From a virus (Duplodnaviria > Heunggongvirae > Uroviricota > Caudoviricetes): DNA of 10,428 nt. The notes below the pieces were generated by a model. The model was not told the DNA's origin. It ran no database searches and saw only the letters and a program-made list of their open reading frames with translations. Positions 1 to 6,287 of the stretch are shown here, piece by piece (position 1 is the stretch's first letter; every line of letters starts with the position of its first letter). The position numbers and the translations under genes were made by a program. The stretch lies in the IMG/VR virus record IMGVR_UViG_2667527698_000006. One strand, 5' to 3'.

Positions 1-58
1 TCAGGGAAAAATATCATCAGATGGCTGCTTAAAAAAGAACAAATGGTAGTGTCCGCTA

Positions 59-523
59 TTGCCAGTACACCTCAAAGAGAGTAAATCAAACCGCGCAATT
101 GGCGTTGCGCTGAATGATACTGCATGTCGCGTATTGAAAAAACAAATCGGAAATCATCACCGTTGGGTATTTGTGTACAAGGAAAGCTGTACCAAACCAG
201 ACGGAACGAAAGCGCCAACAGTAAGGAAGATGCGGTATGACGCAAACACAGCCTGGAAAGCGGCGCTGAGACGGGCTGGTATTGATGATTTCAGATTTCA
301 CGACTTGAGACACACCTGGGCAAGTTGGCTGGTTCAAGCCGGAGTCCCGTTATCAGTGTTACAGGAAATGGGAGGCTGGGAGTCTATCGAAATGGTTCGT
401 CGATATGCTCACCTCGCACCTAATCACCTTACCGAACACGCACGGCAAATAGACTTGATTCTGAACCCATCGGTCCCAAATTTGTCCCAGTCAAGAAATA
501 AGGAAGGTACTAATGATGTGTAA
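59..523 (+). CDS. int: Tyrosine recombinase (phage integrase), C-terminal catalytic domain, P22 Int-like; reading frame is closed upstream by TAG at 47-49, so this is either a 3' fragment or a frameshifted gene
   Basis: Translation carries the tyrosine-recombinase signature: box-I-like KESKSNR (Arg codon 92-94), [10 protein letters not shown] (His 299-301, Arg 308-310), [15 protein letters not shown] with the nucleophile Tyr at 404-406. Stop TAA at 521-523 lies 15 nt from the att core, as in lambda/P22 where int is transcribed toward attP. The ORF-track start is TTG at 59; the next in-frame ATG is at 230. Confidence 0.85.
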   Translation: MPVHLKESKSNRAIGVALNDTACRVLKKQIGNHHRWVFVYKESCTKPDGTKAPTVRKMRYDANTAWKAALRRAGIDDFRFHDLRHTWASWLVQAGVPLSVLQEMGGWESIEMVRRYAHLAPNHLTEHARQIDLILNPSVPNLSQSRNKEGTNDV

Positions 524-537
524 CTTATTGATTTAAA

Positions 538-583
538 TGGTGCCGATAATAGGAGTCGAACCTACGACCTTCGCATTACGAAT
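538..583 (-). other. attP core: 3'-terminal 46 nt of tRNA-Thr(CGU) (thrW-type), not a complete tRNA
   Basis: Reverse complement of 538-583 is ATTCGTAATGCGAAGGTCGTAGGTTCGACTCCTATTATCGGCACCA, i.e. anticodon loop with CGT, T-arm (GGTTCGACTCC), acceptor 3' strand and CCA. This matches my recollection of E. coli/Salmonella thrW. Sequence 584-613 does not continue into a D-arm or acceptor 5' strand, so only the 3' part is present, as expected for a phage attP that integrates into thrW. Confidence 0.8.
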
Positions 584-642
584 CTGTAGCACCAATCATA
601 ACTATCTGTTTTAGCAAGCATTAACCGCATTCACTAAGATAT

Positions 643-670
643 AGTTGATGGCACAAACAGAAAGTTGATG
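643..670. repeat. Direct repeat AGTTGATG x2 (643-650 and 663-670), 20 bp apart, next to the att core; possible arm-type recombinase or accessory-protein binding sites
   Basis: Exact 8-mer repeated in direct orientation with two-helical-turn spacing. Functional assignment is inference only. Confidence 0.3.
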
Positions 671-872
671 AATGATGTTGCCATATATATGTCACAAATA
701 CGGCACAACGATCTTCAAACATATAGCCACACATTCACAGAAGAGCACAAAGCCTTGCAATCCAGTGCAAAGATTTGTGTGCCAGAGTTTTTCTCATCAA
801 CTACCGCAAGTATCGATCGATTGAGACTTGGATGATAGACTTCATGCCTTTGATTATTAGCTGATAGAAGAA

Positions 873-1235
873 ATGTTAAAGCTATTTGCAAAGTACACAT
901 CTATAGGCGTGCTGAACACACTTATACACTGGGTGGTTTTTGGTGTATGTATCTATGCCGCGCATACCAATCAGGCTATGGCAAACTTCGCAGGTTTCGT
1001 TGTGGCTGTGAGTTTTAGCTTCTTTGCGAATGCAAAATTCACATTCAAAGCATCAACTACAACGATGCGCTACATGTTATATGTCGGGTTCATGGGAACA
1101 CTGAGTGCTACTGTTGGATGGGTTGCTGATAGATGTTCACTTCCTCCAATTGTCACTCTTGTTACCTTCTCCGCCATCAGCTTGGTGTGCGGTTTCGTCT
1201 ATTCAAAGTTCATTGTCTTTAGGGATGCGAAATGA
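873..1235 (+). CDS. gtrA: GtrA, bactoprenol-linked glucose flippase (O-antigen glucosylation / serotype conversion)
   Basis: 120-aa small hydrophobic protein [25 protein letters not shown]...[10 protein letters not shown], near-identical by recollection to GtrA of P22 and Shigella flexneri serotype-converting phages. First gene after attP. Stop overlaps the gtrB start (ATGA at 1232-1235). Confidence 0.95.
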   Translation: MLKLFAKYTSIGVLNTLIHWVVFGVCIYAAHTNQAMANFAGFVVAVSFSFFANAKFTFKASTTTMRYMLYVGFMGTLSATVGWVADRCSLPPIVTLVTFSAISLVCGFVYSKFIVFRDAK

Positions 1236-2149
1236 AGATATCTCTTGTCGTTCCTGTCTTCAATGAAGAAGAAGCGATACCAATTTTTTATAAAACGGTA
1301 CGTGAATTCGAAGAGTTGAAGCCATATGAAGTAGAAATTGTTTTCATAAATGACGGAAGCAAAGACGCTACGGAGTCAATCATTAACGCTCTGGCTGTTT
1401 CTGATCCGCTAGTTGTTCCGCTGTCATTTACACGCAACTTTGGTAAAGAACCAGCATTGTTTGCAGGGTTAGACCATACAACCGGCGATGCCGTGATTCC
1501 AATTGATGTTGACCTGCAAGACCCGATTGAGGTTATTCCTCATCTTATTGAAAAGTGGCAGGCAGGTGCTGACATGGTGCTTGCTAAACGTTCAGACCGC
1601 TCAACTGATGGACGGCTGAAACGTAAGACAGCTGAGTGGTTCTATAAATTACACAACAAAATAAGCACCCCAAAAATAGAGGAAAATGTCGGAGATTTTC
1701 GACTCATGTCTCGTGAGGTTGTGGAGAACATTAAACTATTGCCTGAGCGCAATCTTTTCATGAAAGGCATACTGAGCTGGGTTGGTGGTCAGACAGATGT
1801 CGTTGAATATGTACGCACAGAGCGTGTTGCTGGCATCTCAAAATTTAATGGCTGGAAATTATGGAATCTGGCACTGGAAGGTATCACAAGTTTTTCAACC
1901 TTTCCTCTTCGCGTATGGACTTATATAGGCTTGTTTGTTGCAAGCATTTCATTTTTATATGGTGCATGGATGATTATAGACACCATTGTCTTTGGTAACC
2001 CAGTACGCGGGTATCCCTCCATGCTTGTATCAATACTTTTCCTGGGTGGAGTGCAACTGATCGGGATTGGTGTTCTCGGTGAATATATAGGTAGAATTTA
2101 TTTAGAAACAAAATCAAGACCACGGTACTTAATTAAAAGCAGAAAATAA
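1232..2149 (+). CDS. gtrB: GtrB, bactoprenol glucosyltransferase (GT2 family)
   Basis: 305 aa. GT2 motifs [15 protein letters not shown] and DVDLQDP, with C-terminal hydrophobic helices ([42 protein letters not shown]). Translationally coupled to gtrA; conserved gtrA-gtrB synteny. Confidence 0.95.
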   Translation: MKISLVVPVFNEEEAIPIFYKTVREFEELKPYEVEIVFINDGSKDATESIINALAVSDPLVVPLSFTRNFGKEPALFAGLDHTTGDAVIPIDVDLQDPIEVIPHLIEKWQAGADMVLAKRSDRSTDGRLKRKTAEWFYKLHNKISTPKIEENVGDFRLMSREVVENIKLLPERNLFMKGILSWVGGQTDVVEYVRTERVAGISKFNGWKLWNLALEGITSFSTFPLRVWTYIGLFVASISFLYGAWMIIDTIVFGNPVRGYPSMLVSILFLGGVQLIGIGVLGEYIGRIYLETKSRPRYLIKSRK

Positions 2150-2161
2150 CAGGATGATCTT

Positions 2162-3427
2162 ATGAAGATATTCATAATGCGCAATTGGCACAAGATATCA
2201 ATTTTTATACTTGCATTTACTTTGATTTGGCTTAGGCGCATTGACATTTTGACAAATGCCCAGTTTTGGGCTGAGGATGCAGTTTTTTGGTATAAAGATG
2301 CATACGAACAAGGTTTTTTCAGTTCACTCATAACCCCAAGAAATGGTTATTTTCAAACAGTATCAACACTCATTGTTGGTGCGACGACATTTATTAATCC
2401 AATTTACGCACCATTATTATCAAACTTTTTTGGAATAATAATTAGAGCTATAATTATATGGTTCTTATTTACCGATAGATTTAAATTCCTAAGCACCACA
2501 TCAAAAATCTTCATCTCTGTATATTTAATTTGCATGCCCGGGCTTGATGAAGTCCAAGCCAATATAACAAATGCTCACTGGTATTTATCATTGTATGTTG
2601 CAATGATAATAATATCTGAAGAATCCAAGTCAAAATTATGGAAAGCACATGATTTATTTTTTATAGTATTATCTGGATTGAGCGGTCCATTTATTATATT
2701 CATAATTGCATCATCTGTTTTTAAATATTTACACTTATCAAAAGGAGTAATAAGCATAAGAGGTTTATACTTATTTTATACTCGACTGCCATATTTGGCA
2801 ATGATCTTGTGTGGGCTGATACAGGCAACATCAATAATTCTTACATTTAATGGAACAAGATCACATGCTCCATTAGGATTCAGTTTTGATGTTATGTCAT
2901 CTATAATATCATCTAATGTATTTCTTTTTTCATTTGTCCCTTGGAATATCGCTAATGCTGGATGGGATAATCACCTTTTATCGTACACACTATCAACTTT
3001 AGTAATTACATTATGTGTTTTCATTTATATTAAAGGAAATTGGCAAATGAAAGTGTTTGCCACCCTTCCAATACTTATTGTCGCATTTTCTATGGCAAAA
3101 CCTCAACTGGCAGATTCTGTTCCTCAACTGCCAACACTTGCAACCGGAAACGGGTCAAGGTATTTTGTAAATATTCATATTGCAATTTTTTCATTAATAT
3201 GCGTTTGTTTGTTTCAATGCATAAAGAATAAAACCTTAAAAATATTCTTTAAAATCTATGTTTCAGTCATCCTTATTGCAATGATAAAATTAAACTTTTT
3301 TATAACCCCTCTTCCTGACATGAACTGGTCTCAAGGAGCAGAATTAATAAATAAAGCAAAACATGGAGAAGCCGTCTCATTTACAGTGCTCCCTCCATGG
3401 TTAACTCTTGATTTAATAAAAAAATAA
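2162..3427 (+). CDS. Type-specific O-antigen glucosyltransferase (GtrC-position polytopic membrane protein), specificity undetermined
   Basis: 421-aa, very hydrophobic multi-helix protein immediately downstream of gtrAB, in the position where gtr clusters carry the serotype-specific transferase. The gene is visibly AT-rich compared with gtrAB and the structural genes (judged by eye, not computed), as is typical of horizontally exchanged gtr type genes. AGGA lies 8 nt before the ATG. Confidence 0.8.
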   Translation: MKIFIMRNWHKISIFILAFTLIWLRRIDILTNAQFWAEDAVFWYKDAYEQGFFSSLITPRNGYFQTVSTLIVGATTFINPIYAPLLSNFFGIIIRAIIIWFLFTDRFKFLSTTSKIFISVYLICMPGLDEVQANITNAHWYLSLYVAMIIISEESKSKLWKAHDLFFIVLSGLSGPFIIFIIASSVFKYLHLSKGVISIRGLYLFYTRLPYLAMILCGLIQATSIILTFNGTRSHAPLGFSFDVMSSIISSNVFLFSFVPWNIANAGWDNHLLSYTLSTLVITLCVFIYIKGNWQMKVFATLPILIVAFSMAKPQLADSVPQLPTLATGNGSRYFVNIHIAIFSLICVCLFQCIKNKTLKIFFKIYVSVILIAMIKLNFFITPLPDMNWSQGAELINKAKHGEAVSFTVLPPWLTLDLIKK

Positions 3428-3457
3428 AACTTCACATTAATAAATAACAATGAATCC

Positions 3458-3485
3458 GCCTCCCTACGTATTCCCGTAGGGAGGC
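3458..3485. terminator. Bidirectional intrinsic terminator between convergent gtrC and tailspike
   Basis: 11-bp perfect stem GCCTCCCTACG (3458-3468) / CGTAGGGAGGC (3475-3485) with a 6-nt loop. On the minus strand the hairpin is followed by a U-rich tract (complement of the A-rich 3421-3450). On the plus strand it is followed by a weaker UGUUUAU tract. Confidence 0.6.
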
Positions 3486-3493
3486 TGTCGTGT

Positions 3494-5209
3494 TTATAGT
3501 AGCCTGGTAATGCTAAATGCAAACGAACTGGAGATTCCTGCTCCGCTAAGCGTATTGCGCAGGGTCACCCTAAATGTATCTACGCCAATATAAGTAACAT
3601 CACAACTAACTGAATCAGGCGCAGATATAGGTGTTATCTGCACAATATAACCGCTAGCAACTGCTGCGAGCGGATGAGAAAAGCTAACCTCATACACACC
3701 TGTAGCAACCACGTTAACCGATGAAACACCAGTAGCAACGTCGATACTACCATTGGCGTTAATTTTTCCCGAGCGTGTGACTGACAATGCAGAAGCCGAT
3801 GTTGCCTTACTGGTTGTTTCTGTAAAAACACACCCAATGTCAACTACCTCGCAATTAGCTCCTGTTATCCAGTATGGTCGATCTGCACTTGGCTGATAAT
3901 CCCCTGCGCTCTGGAACGTTGTGCCGTTGAGTATGACTGTAACTTTTCCCCCACCTGAGCTTGTTACTTGAATATTAGTGTGCGTGTATCTTGCACTGCT
4001 CACGCGATGAAAATTTCCACCGTTTATAACCACAGTTACAGGGCGCGTCCCAGTATTATCTATAGCAAGGTCTGCCCCCCCGGCATTAGCCTCAAAGTAT
4101 GGGTTGTTTAATACCAAAGCGCACGAACCGTTAAGGCCATTTATGGCTAATTGCGCACCACCTGTACTGGAATCCCCCTGAGTACCATTTCCTTCACAAG
4201 TCAGGCTATTGATAGTTGTACCAGCACCCCAGCGGTCCCCGAGGATACCCCATTCACTGTTCTGACTGCACGTAAGCCTATTTGCAGTTATAGCGTTCAG
4301 TTCAGAATGATTTACGGAGTTGGTAGCACGCCAACCGATACGATTACTCTGCAAGTACACGTTCGTCATGTCGCTCGTGAGCATCGAGTCAGTGCGTAAC
4401 CCTTCCCCGTCAGGGTGGCGGCAGATAACAATGTTTTCAAGACGAGTATGTGCTTTATTCTGCACCAGCATACCGTAACTTCCGGGATTCCCTTTCAGCG
4501 TCATGTTGCCGATGTAGTCATATGCAGCCAATCTCTGACTGTTAAACGCTGCGTCACCTAGCATTTTTACGTTAAAATCAGTAGCTCTACATTCCAGTAT
4601 TGTCTCAGCCATGTTCTCGCCTGAGTAAAAACAGCGGACACCCGGAGCACCTACAAAGTCGGCAGGGTAATCATCATAATTAAGTACCAGAGGAGTGGTA
4701 ACATCATACACCCCTTGCTTTATTTTTAATGTTCCACCGAAAGGCCACGATGTAAGCGGGTCTTGATATATTTCATTTTTTATTGCAAATAGCTCATCTT
4801 GAAGATTTTTCCCGCTATTAGTGCCAATGTAAGTAGCCCCTTCATCAGATTGAAGTAACTGCAGAAGCTGTTCAGGGTCATACTTCAGCAAATTCGGAAA
4901 ATAGAACTGTTGCGAACCATACGCATCATATACAGCCATTGAATGGCCTTGCTCAGTTACAAATTTGGCAATCTGCCCGTTATATACCGGATAACCAGCA
5001 GCGTTAATGATGATTGGTTGAGAAACAGGAACGTGATAACCATCTTCGTTCTCCACATAAACCTGAATCTGGTTTTCAGGATTTACAGGGTCAGTGTCAA
5101 TTTTACCAATATAAATTTTACCATTGGCTACGGCTTTAAAAGAACGAGCCATAGTGAATAGTTGCGAAGGCATGCTTACCACAACATTGGCATTTATTGA
5201 ATCTGTCAT
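3494..5209 (-). CDS. Tailspike protein: P22 gp9-family N-terminal head-binding domain fused to a divergent C-terminal receptor-binding/depolymerase domain
   Basis: I place the start at ATG 5209 ([57 protein letters not shown]...), preceded by GAGA, not at the 15-codon-longer ORF-track start. The first ~115 aa closely match my recollection of the head-binding domain of HK620/Sf6/P22 tailspikes. The remainder is rich in Gly/Asn/Thr/Ser with repeated short beta-strand-like segments ([14 protein letters not shown]), consistent with a beta-helix, but not recognisable to me as the P22, Sf6 or HK620 domain. Confidence 0.9.
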   Translation of the reverse strand: MTDSINANVVVSMPSQLFTMARSFKAVANGKIYIGKIDTDPVNPENQIQVYVENEDGYHVPVSQPIIINAAGYPVYNGQIAKFVTEQGHSMAVYDAYGSQQFYFPNLLKYDPEQLLQLLQSDEGATYIGTNSGKNLQDELFAIKNEIYQDPLTSWPFGGTLKIKQGVYDVTTPLVLNYDDYPADFVGAPGVRCFYSGENMAETILECRATDFNVKMLGDAAFNSQRLAAYDYIGNMTLKGNPGSYGMLVQNKAHTRLENIVICRHPDGEGLRTDSMLTSDMTNVYLQSNRIGWRATNSVNHSELNAITANRLTCSQNSEWGILGDRWGAGTTINSLTCEGNGTQGDSSTGGAQLAINGLNGSCALVLNNPYFEANAGGADLAIDNTGTRPVTVVINGGNFHRVSSARYTHTNIQVTSSGGGKVTVILNGTTFQSAGDYQPSADRPYWITGANCEVVDIGCVFTETTSKATSASALSVTRSGKINANGSIDVATGVSSVNVVATGVYEVSFSHPLAAVASGYIVQITPISAPDSVSCDVTYIGVDTFRVTLRNTLSGAGISSSFAFSITRLL

Positions 5210-5260
5210 TTTAATTTCTCTATATGTTAAGCAAGCAATATTCATTGCTAGCATGTTTTT

Positions 5261-5268
5261 TGTATAAT
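5261..5268 (+). promoter_or_regulatory. Candidate extended -10 promoter element (TGTATAAT) for the HNH endonuclease gene
   Basis: TGnTATAAT consensus at 5261-5268. A weak -35-like TTCATT at 5241-5246 gives a 16-nt spacer. AAGGTGG ribosome-binding site at 5285-5291, 5 nt before ATG 5297. Confidence 0.4.
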
Positions 5269-5296
5269 GAGTGAACTTTATTTAAAGGTGGTTAAC

Positions 5297-5806
5297 ATGA
5301 ACTGGAACGAAGTATTCGTATTAAAAGACGATGGACTCCTGTACTGGAGTGACCAATATCTCTCAAGACCCAAAATGTTCAATATCTCTAAAGAAAAGCC
5401 TGCAGGACATATATTCAAGGACAAGAACAGGAAAACATCTTATATAATTATCAGGTATCAAGATAAAATATACGCCGCTCATAGGATAATATGGGAAATG
5501 TTTTATGGTGAAATCCCTTCAGGAATGCAAATTGACCATAAAGATGGTAATGGGTTAAATAATTCAATAGACAACCTGCGTCTAGTTAGTCTCGGTGAAA
5601 ACCTAAAAAACAAATCTAAATACACAAACAATACATCTGGGTGCGCAGGTGTTTCATGGCATAAGACCCATAAAAAGTGGGTGGCATATATTAGCGACGC
5701 AGGGAAGCGCATTAATCTCGGATACTTTAAGAGTCTCGATGATGCAATTGCTGTAAGGCGTGAGGCTGAAAAGACCTATGGTTATCATGAGAATCATGGT
5801 AGGTGA
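5297..5806 (+). CDS. HNH endonuclease with C-terminal AP2 DNA-binding domain (putative free-standing homing endonuclease)
   Basis: HNH_3-type motif AAHRIIWEMFYGEIPSGMQIDHKDGNGLNNSIDNLRLVSLGEN (His codon 5537-5539, terminal Asn 5600-5602), followed by an AP2-like module SGCAGVSWHKTHKKWVAYISDAGKRINLGYFKSLDDAIAVRREAEKTYG. I prefer the start at ATG 5297, which has a good RBS, over ORF-track 5267, which overlaps the -10 element. The gene is AT-rich. Confidence 0.8.
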   Translation: MNWNEVFVLKDDGLLYWSDQYLSRPKMFNISKEKPAGHIFKDKNRKTSYIIIRYQDKIYAAHRIIWEMFYGEIPSGMQIDHKDGNGLNNSIDNLRLVSLGENLKNKSKYTNNTSGCAGVSWHKTHKKWVAYISDAGKRINLGYFKSLDDAIAVRREAEKTYGYHENHGR

Positions 5807-5937
5807 TATCTGACATTTCATTGCTCCAGACGAATGATATGATGCAACCATGATGTGATTGCATACCGAAATGGTACTATTGAGTATTTATCCAGTAGGT
5901 TACGATGCCATTCCACCCAACTGGTGAGGCATCAAGG

Positions 5938-6198
5938 ATGTACAGCAAATACGACGAGGCGCAGTTTCACTTGAGACTTCCGCATGAACTCCACGCGAAA
6001 ATTAAACAGCGTGCGAAGATGAATAACAGGTCGCTGAACTCAGAGATAATTGCAGCGATTGAAGAATCACTGGATAAACAAAACTCTGCATCAGTTTACA
6101 TTGACGATGCAGAGCGTATGGCAGAACAACAATCCGATATGGTTAAGAAAATTGTCTTTGATACGCTCAAAGAGCTATATAAAAAAGACAGCAGCTAA
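5938..6198 (+). CDS. mnt: Mnt-like ribbon-helix-helix repressor (Arc/MetJ superfamily) with C-terminal coiled-coil tetramerisation domain
   Basis: 86 aa. N-terminal RHH region AQFHLRLPHELHAKIKQRAKMNNRSLNSEIIAAIEESL. The C-terminal DDAERMAEQQSDMVKKIVFDTLKELYKK closely resembles my recollection of P22 Mnt (...DAERLADEQSELVKKMVFDTLKDLYKK). I prefer the start at ATG 5938, which has GGTGAGG 8 nt upstream, over ORF-track 5905. Orientation and position (convergent with gene 16, divergent from tailspike) match P22 immI synteny. Confidence 0.85.
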   Translation: MYSKYDEAQFHLRLPHELHAKIKQRAKMNNRSLNSEIIAAIEESLDKQNSASVYIDDAERMAEQQSDMVKKIVFDTLKELYKKDSS

Positions 6199-6287
6199 CC
6201 ATCAGTTACGGAGGATTTATGCAAAGAGATATGCTGAATATTGCGTTCTACATATTTGGTTTTTGCACGTTCCTGGTGTTTGCGAAG

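Noticed and set aside
86-337. 83-aa minus-strand ORF antisense to int
   Set aside because: Entirely embedded in the conserved integrase catalytic-domain coding region, with no RBS or recognisable motif. Shadow ORF.
538-613. Possible complete tRNA gene on the minus strand
   Set aside because: Only the 3' 46 nt (anticodon loop to CCA) match tRNA-Thr. The sequence that would form the acceptor 5' strand and D-arm (584-613) does not match or fold, so this is an attP core fragment, not a functional tRNA.
715-900. 61-aa minus-strand ORF in the att-gtrA intergenic region
   Set aside because: Runs antisense across the gtrA start and probable regulatory region, with no RBS or recognisable domain. Likely non-coding.
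2098-3522. Short ORFs overlapping gtrB/gtrC (2098-2331 -, 2575-2757 -, 3040-3231 +, 3331-3522 -)
   Set aside because: All lie within or antisense to the gtrB/gtrC genes in an AT-rich stretch; 3331-3522 also runs through the terminator hairpin. Overlapping artefacts.
3634-5161. Short ORFs inside the tailspike gene (3634-3843 -, 4151-4399 +, 4943-5161 +)
   Set aside because: Alternative-frame or antisense ORFs inside a well-supported long CDS, with no independent signals.
5210-5254. Fifteen-codon N-terminal extension of the tailspike ORF ([15 protein letters not shown])
   Set aside because: The conserved tailspike N-terminus begins at MTDSINAN (ATG 5209), and the extension would overlap the divergent promoter region. 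The longer ORF is simply the first in-frame ATG.
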